A program made the position numbers and the translations under genes. Under the pieces are notes generated by a model. That model saw only the letters and a list, made by a program, of their open reading frames with translations, ran no database searches and was not told the origin of the DNA. DNA of 64,000 nt from a virus: the IMG/VR virus record IMGVR_UViG_3300035698_019747, positions 1 to 64,000 of that record. One strand, written 5' to 3'. Numbering within the stretch: position 1 is the stretch's first letter; each line of letters opens with the position of its first letter. This document shows positions 50,790-59,522 of this stretch, in pieces.

Positions 50790-51810
50790 TATAAAATTTG
50801 ATTGGAATGATGTGACAATTGCACCATCACCAACATTTACTGATATAAATAGTAGGAAAAAAGAAGTGAACCCATATAAATATGGTAAGATGTTACCATT
50901 AATTGCAGCCCCAATGGATACCGTAATTGATGCCGATAGCTATGAAAACTTTTTAAATGCTGGTATAGAAGTTTGTACACCAAGAGGTGTTGATGTAAAT
51001 GATGATAGAACATTTAAATCAATCGGCATTAAAGAGATTGAAGATATATTAAAATTAGGTAAAAGTCCTAAAAAAGTCCTATTGGATGTTGCTAATGGGC
51101 ATATGAAGTTAGTATATGATTTGGCTAAAAGTTTTAAAACTAAATTCCCAGATAGTGAGTTAATGGTCGGTAATATAGCACACCCAGATATATTTTTAGA
51201 ATATGAAAATATTGGTGTCGATTACGTTAGATGTGGAATTGGAGGTGGGTCAGCATGTACTACATCAGCAAACACTTCCGTACATTACCCCATGGGTTCA
51301 CTGATTAAAGAATGTAATAATTTAAGATCAGTACACACAGATACAAGACTAAATACTAAAATAGTTGCTGATGGCGGGTTTAAGAACTATAGTGATATTA
51401 TTAAAGCACTTGGAATGGGTGCTGATTATGTTATGTTAGGTAGTATTCTTAATAAAACTTTAGAATCCTGCTCACCTTCTTATGATAGAACCATAACAGG
51501 GAACTATAGCCAAATTGATAAAATAACTGCTGAGAATAATTTTGATAAAAATTTAGAAATATATAAATATTATAGGGGCATGAGCACCAAAGAAGTGCAG
51601 CGAGATTGGGGTAAAAAGGTTCTTACTACTAGTGAGGGTATATCTATGTATAATAAAGTAGAATATAAATTAGATGGTTGGGTTGAAAATTTAACTGACT
51701 ATTTGATGAGCACTATGAGTTATTGTGGTAAAAGAAAATTAGAGGATTTTATAGGCGGTGTTGATTTCGTTAGAATTACTCAACAAGCGTTTAATAGATT
51801 TAATAAATAA
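50776..51810 (+). CDS. IMP dehydrogenase / GMP reductase family enzyme (no CBS domains)
   Basis: APMDTV, DVANGH, GIGGGSACTT, ADGG, YRGMS, SEG. Confidence 0.9.
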   Translation: MKMNDIKFDWNDVTIAPSPTFTDINSRKKEVNPYKYGKMLPLIAAPMDTVIDADSYENFLNAGIEVCTPRGVDVNDDRTFKSIGIKEIEDILKLGKSPKKVLLDVANGHMKLVYDLAKSFKTKFPDSELMVGNIAHPDIFLEYENIGVDYVRCGIGGGSACTTSANTSVHYPMGSLIKECNNLRSVHTDTRLNTKIVADGGFKNYSDIIKALGMGADYVMLGSILNKTLESCSPSYDRTITGNYSQIDKITAENNFDKNLEIYKYYRGMSTKEVQRDWGKKVLTTSEGISMYNKVEYKLDGWVENLTDYLMSTMSYCGKRKLEDFIGGVDFVRITQQAFNRFNK

Positions 51811-51814
51811 AATT

Positions 51815-52660
51815 ATGAATATAGAAAAACAATATTTAGAACTATTACAGAATGTCATTGATAACGGCTTTCTTAAAAGTAATAGAACTGGTGTGAGTGC
51901 ATACACCATACCAAATGCAATGGTACAACATGATATGTCAGAGGGCTTCCCATTATTAACAACTAAAAAAATGGGTATTAAGAATATCTCTGCTGAATTA
52001 GAATTTTTCATCAAGGGATTAACTGATAAGAATTGGTTAAAAGAAAGAAGATGTCATATTTGGGATGAGTGGTGCAACCCTTCTTTAATCCCTGATAACC
52101 TTGATGAAGAAGAAAGAAAAGAATTTCAACTATCAGAAAGTGATTTAGGTAAAGTTTATGGATACCAATGGAGAAATTTCAACTCTCAGGAATATGATCA
52201 ATTGAGAAATGTTATGGATACTTTGAGAATAAATCCAAATGATAGGAGAATGGTAGTATCTGCTTGGAATCCTCTTCAGTTTGATGAGATGGCACTACCA
52301 CCATGCCATATGATGTGGGGTGTTACCGTAGTTGGGGGTAAGTTAAATCTATGGTGGGTTCAGAGATCGGTTGATATATTTTTGGGACTACCATATAATA
52401 TAGCATCCTATGCTTTATTACTTAAATTGCTATGTGAGGCAAGTGGTTACGAGGCAGGTATATTGACAGGATTTTTATCTGATGTGCACCTATACGGGAA
52501 CCATATAGACCAAGCAAAATTACAATTATCAAGAACACCAAATGTGACACCATCTTTAGATATAATAGATTTTAAGAATATATATGAGTGGGAATATAAG
52601 CAAGTAGAAATATCAGGGTATGATCCACATAACCCAATAAAAGCACCAATCGCAGTATAA
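51815..52660 (+). CDS. thyA: thymidylate synthase
   Basis: RTG, FPLLTTKK, IWDEW, YGYQWR, ALPPCH, QRSVD..LGLPYN, HLY; ATG at 51815 is the likely start. Confidence 0.96.
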   Translation: MNIEKQYLELLQNVIDNGFLKSNRTGVSAYTIPNAMVQHDMSEGFPLLTTKKMGIKNISAELEFFIKGLTDKNWLKERRCHIWDEWCNPSLIPDNLDEEERKEFQLSESDLGKVYGYQWRNFNSQEYDQLRNVMDTLRINPNDRRMVVSAWNPLQFDEMALPPCHMMWGVTVVGGKLNLWWVQRSVDIFLGLPYNIASYALLLKLLCEASGYEAGILTGFLSDVHLYGNHIDQAKLQLSRTPNVTPSLDIIDFKNIYEWEYKQVEISGYDPHNPIKAPIAV

Positions 52661-52663
52661 ATT

Positions 52664-52951
52664 ATGATAGAATTCACATTACAACCGTCTAATAAAAAAG
52701 CTAAATATATTTTTGAAAAAAATATAGATGTACTAAATTTAATAACTATTCATGAGTTAATTTATATCAAGTCACTTAATTGTGCTATTATAACTAATAA
52801 CGCAAACTACTCAATATTATCAACAAATATTTTTATTGATGTTGATGATTATAGTAAAACATGGAGGTGTGTGCTTTCTGATAACAGAAACAAAGTTAGT
52901 TCATATAATTCAGATAGTATTAGTAAATATAATCCAAGGTCGCTAAGTTGA
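52664..52951 (+). CDS. hypothetical protein
   Basis: 95-aa ORF. Confidence 0.5.
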   Translation: MIEFTLQPSNKKAKYIFEKNIDVLNLITIHELIYIKSLNCAIITNNANYSILSTNIFIDVDDYSKTWRCVLSDNRNKVSSYNSDSISKYNPRSLS

Positions 52952-52984
52952 TCATATAAATAATAATAAAAATAAAATAAAAAT

Positions 52985-53767
52985 ATGGATGGAGAAAGAC
53001 AGAGAAATATAAACAAAATATTAATGACACCCTTTAAATATAAGGTATATATAATTGGTCAACACACAGAAGAAATATGGTCAAAAACAAAAAAATACTT
53101 TAATGAACATAAGTCAACCCGATATAAATGGGGTGAGATATCAACAGGGTTTTCTGGATTAGGTTTATCATATCAAGAAGCGGGTGACGATAGTTATGCA
53201 CATTTACATATTATGCCAATATTTGGGAATATTTTTATACACCTAAATAGAAAATATAATTATGATAATACATATGAAGAAGAAAGGCAGTGGGGATTTA
53301 CCTATTACTTCTCACGAGATATGCGGCATGACATTCATTTAAAATTTGGAGATAAATCAAAAATAATAGAATTACCCACTATGTGGGAATGGCAGAGAAC
53401 TTCTACATTACTTAATGATGGTACGTGGGATAATGAAACAAAAGGGAATAGGAAACCATTCACAGGTGAGGAAAACTTAAATATTTTTAAAGAGACACAT
53501 ACTTACACATATACTTTAGAATCGGGTGTAGTACAAAGAAGGAAAGCCACTATAACAGTAAGAGAGATGGAGTGGCGAAGACGAGCTTTACAATGGACGA
53601 ATAAGTTTAACATGGTTATAAAGTCCATAGATATAAATTTTGATGAGGAAGTGGGTGAGCGCAGTGGATCATGGAAAGGTGGGTGCATAGGATGTGGTTA
53701 TAATATGAATAAAAATGAAACTCCTTATGAAACATTAAAAAGAATGCAAAAAGAGCGAAAGTTTTAA
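52985..53767 (+). CDS. hypothetical protein
   Basis: 260 aa; EVGERSGSWKGG motif. Confidence 0.8.
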   Translation: MDGERQRNINKILMTPFKYKVYIIGQHTEEIWSKTKKYFNEHKSTRYKWGEISTGFSGLGLSYQEAGDDSYAHLHIMPIFGNIFIHLNRKYNYDNTYEEERQWGFTYYFSRDMRHDIHLKFGDKSKIIELPTMWEWQRTSTLLNDGTWDNETKGNRKPFTGEENLNIFKETHTYTYTLESGVVQRRKATITVREMEWRRRALQWTNKFNMVIKSIDINFDEEVGERSGSWKGGCIGCGYNMNKNETPYETLKRMQKERKF

Positions 53768-53777
53768 AACTTTTTAG

Positions 53778-53823
53778 TATATTTGCATTATAATAAGAAA
53801 TGGGAAACCAAAAATAATATATA
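53778..53823 (+). promoter_or_regulatory. putative promoters of the tRNA operon: TAnnTTTG box (53778-53785) and TAATATATA (53815-53823)
   Basis: Both recurrent motifs lie upstream of the leader ORF. Confidence 0.55.
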
Positions 53824-53830
53824 TACAGTA

Positions 53831-53908
53831 ATGAAAAAATTAGTAATAACATCAAGTTCACGTAGTAGTCGCAAACACCATTCTGGGGTCAGTTTACTCG
53901 TGCTATAA
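53831..53908 (+). CDS. Ser/Arg-rich attenuator leader peptide MKKLVITSSSRSSRKHHSGVSLLVL (25 aa, not in ORF track)
   Basis: TCA AGT TCA CGT AGT AGT CGC run at 53852-53872; lies between promoter motifs and a terminator ahead of Arg and Ser tRNA genes. Confidence 0.8.
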   Translation: MKKLVITSSSRSSRKHHSGVSLLVL

Positions 53909-53938
53909 CTTTTGTTATAACTAATTAAGTAAAGCCTC
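53885..53938 (+). promoter_or_regulatory. putative antiterminator hairpin
   Basis: GGGGU(53885-89):GCCUC(53934-38), UUUACU(53893-98):AGUAAA(53928-33), UAUAAC(53904-09):GUUAUA(53914-19); overlaps the terminator 5' arm. Confidence 0.65.
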
Positions 53939-53957
53939 ACATATGTGAGGCTTTTTT
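53931..53957 (+). terminator. attenuator terminator upstream of the tRNA array
   Basis: AAAGCCTCAC-ATAT-GTGAGGCTTT followed by TTT. Confidence 0.88.
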
Positions 53958-53979
53958 GGTTTAAAATGTAATATAATAT

Positions 53980-54051
53980 ACCTTTGTCGTCTAACGGATA
54001 AGATACGGTGCTACGGACACTGGGATGGGAGTTCGATTCTCCCCAAGGGCA
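53980..54051 (+). tRNA. tRNA-Arg(ACG)
   Basis: Cloverleaf with anticodon loop CTACGGA and T-arm GGGAG-TTCGATT-CTCCC; A1-C72 mismatch; no encoded CCA. Confidence 0.88.
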
Positions 54052-54065
54052 CTAATAATAAATAT

Positions 54066-54154
54066 GGTAGAATGACAGAGTGGTAATGTGCTGGTTTGCT
54101 AAACCAAGACCATCGGGTAAGACTGATGCAGGGGTTCGATTCCCTTTTCTACCG
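54066..54154 (+). tRNA. tRNA-Ser(GCT)
   Basis: GGTAGAA/TTCTACC acceptor, loop TTGCTAA, long variable arm, G73. Confidence 0.92.
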
Positions 54155-54167
54155 CAAGTAAACAAAT

Positions 54168-54256
54168 GGAGGTGCGCAAGGTTGGCGTGCTTATCGGTCT
54201 TGAAAACCGTGATGTCGGGTAAGACTGACGTGGAGGTTCGATCCCTCTCATCTCCG
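54168..54256 (+). tRNA. tRNA-Ser(TGA)
   Basis: GGAGGTG/CATCTCC acceptor, loop CTTGAAA, long variable arm, G73. Confidence 0.88.
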
Positions 54257-54260
54257 CAAA

Positions 54261-54349
54261 GGTGAAGTGACAGAGTGGTAATGTACCTGCTTGGAAAGCA
54301 GAGATCATCGGGTAAGACTGATGCGGGGGTTCGATTCCCTCTTTCACCG
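54261..54349 (+). tRNA. tRNA-Ser(GGA)
   Basis: GGTGAAG/TTTCACC acceptor, loop TTGGAAA, long variable arm, G73. Confidence 0.92.
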
Positions 54350-54362
54350 CAAGTAAACAAAT

Positions 54363-54451
54363 GGAGGTGCGCAAGGCTGGCGTGCTTATCGGTCTCGAAA
54401 ACCGTGATGTCGGGTAAGACTGACGTGGAGGTTCAATCCCTCTCATCTCCG
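54363..54451 (+). tRNA. tRNA-Ser(CGA)
   Basis: Differs from the TGA copy at 3 positions; loop CTCGAAA. Confidence 0.88.
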
Positions 54452-54716
54452 CAACACAGTTTTTATAATAACTAAAAAAATATTAAAATATGAAAAATAT
54501 ATTCGGAACATATAATATAAAATCAGGGCAATCAGTGTACTTAGAGAAATATTTAAATATTAATTTTATTGAATATATAAAAGTTGATAAGTGTACATTT
54601 ATTTTTTTATGAATCAATCACAATCAGAATACGTACTGAGGATGCTATCACCATATATTGAGAGCAATGAATCTGAGGGGATAATAATAGGGTTATAATA
54701 ATATATATATATATAT

Positions 54717-55184
54717 CTAAGTCTCTTTAATAGGAACAAATAATGAAAAGTTATCATCATCCTCAAAATGGTTACAAGTATCTTGAAAAGTTATGCCAAA
54801 TTTTAACCGATCATATATAAAGTGCTCACCATCCCATGTTGCAATCTTTGCATTTCTATGCCTTCCCACATATGATGTGCCTATTTCCAATTCTTTTTTA
54901 GGAATAGCACCACATCTTATAAGTGCTGGTAATATATAATTTTGATAATCTACCCCCCTTAAGTTCAGTTGTGGGACATCATATATGGATTCAAATTTAA
55001 TATCTAAATCTTTCCAATATTCAATACATAGTTGTCTTTTCTCTTCTACTAAAAATGGCATTAAATCATTTTTTATAGATAAATAATAATCTTTATTATT
55101 AGGATCAGTTATAATCTCTTTAATTAAGTGCTCATACATTTCTTTATATGAATTAAAAGTTTGATTATTATATGTTTTCTCCAT
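54717..55184 (-). CDS. hypothetical protein
   Basis: 155-aa ORF. Confidence 0.75.
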   Translation of the reverse strand: MEKTYNNQTFNSYKEMYEHLIKEIITDPNNKDYYLSIKNDLMPFLVEEKRQLCIEYWKDLDIKFESIYDVPQLNLRGVDYQNYILPALIRCGAIPKKELEIGTSYVGRHRNAKIATWDGEHFIYDRLKFGITFQDTCNHFEDDDNFSLFVPIKET

Positions 55185-55186
55185 TA

Positions 55187-55414
55187 CTATCTGTTTATAG
55201 AATTTATCTTTTTACCCGCAATAAATTTTACCTTTCCAAATGGATTAGTAGCGTCCAATTCTATTAAGTCACCACTTATAGAAAACTTAATAACAGATAC
55301 TCTAGTTTCGCATATATTCCAATATCAAATAAGTGGAACCATAGGTAGCTGATTTCGGAAAATAAAAGAGGCTAAAATTGATAGAAGCCCAATGAGCGTT
55401 AATACAATGTACAT
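55187..55414 (-). pseudogene. small membrane-anchored ORF with one in-frame TGA (55325-55327)
   Basis: MYIVLTLIGLLSILASFIFRNQLPMVPLI*YWNICETR...; ends 2 nt before the next start. Confidence 0.45.
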
Positions 55415-55505
55415 AATTTTTAAGTTTTAGATTATAAGACTACGAAATTAAAACAAAAAATCCAGATATAAAAATTTTATATATAAAAAAAGATTATTAT
55501 TATTT

Positions 55506-55763
55506 ATGCCTCTAATAGAAGATAAGGAAATAAAGGAACTATATGACCTTAAGCATCGCAACGATAATTATCCAAAAGGATACAACTATTTTGATAAAGT
55601 TCTTAAAAACTCAATCACACCCTTTTTATATAATAACCCAAATGTTAGTGGGTTTCTGTCCTATCTAGAACCCATGGTTGCTCATTTATTTGACAGGGTT
55701 AATTTGATTAGAAACTGGAAAAATTGGTATGTAGATAAGTATAAGAACGATCACATAAAATAA
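55506..55763 (+). CDS. hypothetical protein
   Basis: 85-aa ORF. Confidence 0.7.
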   Translation: MPLIEDKEIKELYDLKHRNDNYPKGYNYFDKVLKNSITPFLYNNPNVSGFLSYLEPMVAHLFDRVNLIRNWKNWYVDKYKNDHIK

Positions 55764-55807
55764 ATAGGGAAATAATATTTAATATATAACTAAAATAAAC
55801 GTCTACA

Positions 55808-56506
55808 ATGGCTATAAAAAGTTGGAATAACTTTAATAAAAAAAATATTAACGAAGGTTTGAAAAGATTTAGTGATAATAAAAAAGTAAAAGGCAATAAT
55901 ACAACACCTAAAAAAGTTGCTAGAGGTAATGCTAGTGCTTCATCTGAATATGCAGATGATGTTAATCAAAACATATTAAAGAATAAAACAAATAAACCAT
56001 CTACCAGTAATGTTAGAAATTATTCCAGTAAAAAAGCAGAACAAACTATTAAAGATAAGTCTTTATATCCACCAGAAACAGAAGATAGAGGACTAGATAA
56101 TCTATCTGAAAGCAATGTTGAGATATATGGACGGGTTGCCAAATTCCCAGACGGTATTAAAGCATCTAAGGCATATAGTTGGGCACACAATTTACAAGAT
56201 CCCAAATTAGCAAAGAAAGATATTTGGTATTTAATGGTTGAGAAACAGGATAATGAATTACAGATGATTAAATATCATCAAAAAGAAGGTGTTAATTTAA
56301 CCAAGTTTATATATGATCTAAAAACTTATTATAATAGTAAGTATAGTAATAGTCCTAAAATAGTTGAGGCTGTTAATAAGATTAAACTAGGTGGTGATGA
56401 AGAAGGTAATATTTCTGCTATTTCCAATATACCTAATATTAAAGTAGAGGGGGATAAGAAACTGATACATAAAATCACCGAAGATTTAATAAAACTACTT
56501 AGTTAA
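55808..56506 (+). CDS. hypothetical protein, putative internal virion protein
   Basis: MAIKSWNNF...INE; TAATATATA upstream. Confidence 0.75.
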   Translation: MAIKSWNNFNKKNINEGLKRFSDNKKVKGNNTTPKKVARGNASASSEYADDVNQNILKNKTNKPSTSNVRNYSSKKAEQTIKDKSLYPPETEDRGLDNLSESNVEIYGRVAKFPDGIKASKAYSWAHNLQDPKLAKKDIWYLMVEKQDNELQMIKYHQKEGVNLTKFIYDLKTYYNSKYSNSPKIVEAVNKIKLGGDEEGNISAISNIPNIKVEGDKKLIHKITEDLIKLLS

Positions 56507-56525
56507 AAAAAAATATTCCCCAAAA

Positions 56526-56855
56526 ATGAAGTATTTACAAATATTTGAAAAGTTCACATCTTTATCTGATGATGAGAAAATTCAACTCCATAAAATTGTT
56601 GATAAAATAAAAGAGGGATCTACTGATATGGTAACCACTAATAGCGAGGTTTCTAAACCAAGTGGTGTTAGAAAATTACAAGGACTTGGACAACCATTTG
56701 CATCAATAATACCTGGTAGCGTTTCCAAAGATAGTAAAATAATAACTGCGGAGGTAGAACACGGAATGGAGTATGAAAGTGGAAGAAAAGTGGAATTAAA
56801 GTCAACTATAACACTAGACACTAGTGATATGACTCACGATATCCAGAAAAAATAA
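56526..56855 (+). CDS. hypothetical protein, putative internal virion protein
   Basis: MKYLQIFEKF. Confidence 0.7.
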   Translation: MKYLQIFEKFTSLSDDEKIQLHKIVDKIKEGSTDMVTTNSEVSKPSGVRKLQGLGQPFASIIPGSVSKDSKIITAEVEHGMEYESGRKVELKSTITLDTSDMTHDIQKK

Positions 56856-56908
56856 CAATTTATTAAATTATTTTTGTTATATTTGTTAATTAAATTGAAA
56901 AACATATT

Positions 56909-57463
56909 ATGAGAGTATTTAAGTTCGAATTAACTATCACAGAAGAAGATGTTAGAGGTGATGAGTTTTGGGAAGAAGCATTAATGCGCGATGGTACGGG
57001 CAAAGCCACTCTATCTGAAGCAATTATAGATGCTATTGAAGAGAGTAACCTTATATGTAACAGTATCAGAAAACCCATTGATATACTAGAACTTAAAGAA
57101 TATAGTATCGTAGAAGAGTATGAGTATAATTATAAATCATTACATTTAATATTTAAAGAATTACCCAAACTGGGATTTGGTGATCCAAAAGATTTCAAAG
57201 GGTCAAAAGAAGATTTATCTTTCGCACATGATATTCTAGAGACTTTAGGAAGTGGTGGGATAATCTTTAAAAGATCTGATTATTTAGAGGGTGGTGGTGA
57301 ACTGAATATAGACGAGTGGTTTGACCTAATTAAAAAAGAAGATACCTTTCAATCATGGATGTTAGCTAATTTCCCATTTCAAAATGGAGAATTTGTATTT
57401 AGTGCGGATATTGATGAATTAGAAAAAATCGCAACTAAATATATTAAATTATCTAAAATATGA
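56909..57463 (+). CDS. hypothetical protein
   Basis: 184 aa; TATATTTG box at 56878-56885. Confidence 0.75.
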   Translation: MRVFKFELTITEEDVRGDEFWEEALMRDGTGKATLSEAIIDAIEESNLICNSIRKPIDILELKEYSIVEEYEYNYKSLHLIFKELPKLGFGDPKDFKGSKEDLSFAHDILETLGSGGIIFKRSDYLEGGGELNIDEWFDLIKKEDTFQSWMLANFPFQNGEFVFSADIDELEKIATKYIKLSKI

Positions 57464-57684
57464 AGGATGTTTTAAAAAATATAATTAAAACACAAGATAG
57501 TGATGGTCATTGGTATTGGATACCTGAAAAGTTATCTACTGATTTTATAAATGGTGTTGAAAAGATATCTGGAATTGAATATATGGATGATCCAGATGCA
57601 TTTGATTTATTTAGTGGAAAGTATGAACAATACCGAACACTTGGCGATCCTAATAATATACCACATTTTTTTAAAGACATTTAA
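57460..57684 (+). CDS. hypothetical protein
   Basis: QDSDGHWYWIP motif; ATGA overlap. Confidence 0.7.
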   Translation: MKDVLKNIIKTQDSDGHWYWIPEKLSTDFINGVEKISGIEYMDDPDAFDLFSGKYEQYRTLGDPNNIPHFFKDI

Positions 57685-57685
57685 T

Positions 57686-57877
57686 ATGAAAGATAAAATA
57701 GTAGAATTTTTACAATGGTCTTTGTCAGTTGTTAATATTCAAATATATACCCACACACAGTTGGATAATCAACTTACTAAGTAGAGAGAAATATGTTCCG
57801 ATAAAATGGATGATTGGTATGAGTATAATAACTTAACAAAGTGTGGACATATAGTATTATATGTACCAAAACCATAA
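57686..57877 (+). pseudogene. small ORF with one in-frame TAG (57782-57784)
   Basis: Frame stays open for 30 codons after the TAG, up to the convergent gene. Confidence 0.4.
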
Positions 57878-57878
57878 A

Positions 57879-58406
57879 TTATTTACTTTTTAAAATCATT
57901 GGTATTTCATATTCACCAATTTCAATTTTATAATTTTTTACAAATGAATCAAAGTATTCAATATCATCCCACTTATTTTCAGGGTTATCTTTAGAAATAC
58001 CAGATGAATGGAAAGTATATTCTGTAAAATCTGCATTGGGTTTAAATAAATAACCACAATCTCTAAAATATATTAATATATCACCAATACTTATATCACT
58101 TATACCATCTCGCTTAACAGGTGTTGATTTATTTTCATCTTTATAATTCTTAGGATAATTAAATCCTCTTACCCAAGTGCCACCCTCTCTAGCGACTACC
58201 TTTTCATCATATATAAAAATAGTTTCGGGTAAATCATCATGGAATCTATATATGTTTTTCACCTTTTTATATAAATCACCATTCAACTCCTTTCTTTTCT
58301 TATTTCTAAGCATTTTGAATTTCTGAATAAAATCTTTCCAGAAATTGAGTGAATTTGGGCGAACTAATGTTGATTCTGTTATGAACTCTGAAAATTTAAA
58401 AACCAT
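57879..58406 (-). CDS. hypothetical protein, putative internal virion protein
   Basis: MVFKFSEFITE, close to the T4 capsid-targeting sequence. Confidence 0.75.
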   Translation of the reverse strand: MVFKFSEFITESTLVRPNSLNFWKDFIQKFKMLRNKKRKELNGDLYKKVKNIYRFHDDLPETIFIYDEKVVAREGGTWVRGFNYPKNYKDENKSTPVKRDGISDISIGDILIYFRDCGYLFKPNADFTEYTFHSSGISKDNPENKWDDIEYFDSFVKNYKIEIGEYEIPMILKSK

Positions 58407-58464
58407 GATATAATATATTTTAGTATATATATTAAAATCATTTTTTGCTTTTAATATATATTAT

Positions 58465-58971
58465 ATGAGAAAATTAGCACTTATTTTATTATTACTATTT
58501 ATAACACCCAAATCATTTAATAATGGTATGGGCACAGAAAGTTCAGGTATATTTAATAATAATAGGGGAAGTAACTCTGATGTGTGGGTAACTGAGTGGA
58601 TACCATCAGATTCTGGGACACCTGACTATGCTAAGGGAAGGTTTTTTTATAGAACTGCTAGAAGTACATTTAAAGTGAATGTAGGGGGTGTTTACTACTA
58701 TAAATACTCAATGTATTTTATTTCGGAAAGTTACTATGAGTATTATGCATATACTGAGGGTGATATGTATATTGCGCCTACTAAAATAGATAACGCCACC
58801 ATATTTGTTAATGGACAAGCACAAATAAACGTATTAACACATACTTCGGATTTTTGGTTATTATTCAATGGTGATTTTATTAGTGGTGTCGGAGAACTCA
58901 GAGCAGTTTTTTATATGACTTCCTCAGAAGTATATATTGAACTATCTCATACAAACCCATATCCCTTTTAA
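58465..58971 (+). CDS. secreted/periplasmic beta-rich protein
   Basis: Signal peptide MRKLALILLLLF. Confidence 0.7.
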   Translation: MRKLALILLLLFITPKSFNNGMGTESSGIFNNNRGSNSDVWVTEWIPSDSGTPDYAKGRFFYRTARSTFKVNVGGVYYYKYSMYFISESYYEYYAYTEGDMYIAPTKIDNATIFVNGQAQINVLTHTSDFWLLFNGDFISGVGELRAVFYMTSSEVYIELSHTNPYPF

Positions 58972-58973
58972 TT

Positions 58974-59381
58974 ATGAATGAAAATGAAAAATATGATGGT
59001 GAATATAAAGTAGAGATATCCGATAAAGGTAGAATATCATTTGACCTTAACTGGAAATGGTTGCTAGGTATATCTATATCTATAATTGGGTTTGTATCAT
59101 ATCTTCTAATAGATGAATACTTCATAGAACCAATGGATAAACTAAAGAAAGAAAATATTGAGTTAAAATTAGACCTCAAAAATGAGAAGAGTCGAAGAGT
59201 AACCAAAGAAGAAGAATATGATAATATATTCAAGGTTCTTGATCAGACACAGAAACTGTTAGTATCTAAAACTGATATGACTTATAGTATAGTTATGAAG
59301 TTAGTCCCAGAGAATAATAGTGGGATGAATGTTAATAATATAATTCCCATATCTGGGAATGCTCCTGGATCTAGTGAATGA
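58974..59381 (+). CDS. single-TM membrane protein with coiled coil
   Basis: WLLGISISIIGFVSYLLI. Confidence 0.7.
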   Translation: MNENEKYDGEYKVEISDKGRISFDLNWKWLLGISISIIGFVSYLLIDEYFIEPMDKLKKENIELKLDLKNEKSRRVTKEEEYDNIFKVLDQTQKLLVSKTDMTYSIVMKLVPENNSGMNVNNIIPISGNAPGSSE

Positions 59382-59522
59382 AAATATATATAATTAAGGG
59401 AAAAGATTTTTATTATATATATGTTAATTGATTCTTTAATGTCCTGTTATTTTTGAGTAACAGTTGAGAAATACCTAGTGTTTCAAAGATATTAGAATAA
59501 ATATAAAAATAAAATATCGATT

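Larger units (their letters stand above)
54066..54454 (+). repeat. 195-bp tandem duplication of a two-tRNA unit
   Basis: Offsets 54066 to 54261 and 54168 to 54363 are both 195; identical spacer CAAGTAAACAAAT. Confidence 0.9.

Noticed and set aside
54168-54256. tRNA with 'TGA' as an opal suppressor or selenocysteine tRNA
   Set aside because: TGA is the anticodon and reads TCA (Ser); the 7/5 stem geometry and G73 fit tRNA-Ser, and tRNA-Sec would need anticodon TCA.
54052-54475. Repetitive ORFs in the track and a possible CRISPR-like array
   Set aside because: The repeats are the duplicated tRNA genes; the ORFs are shadows and there is no repeat-spacer structure.
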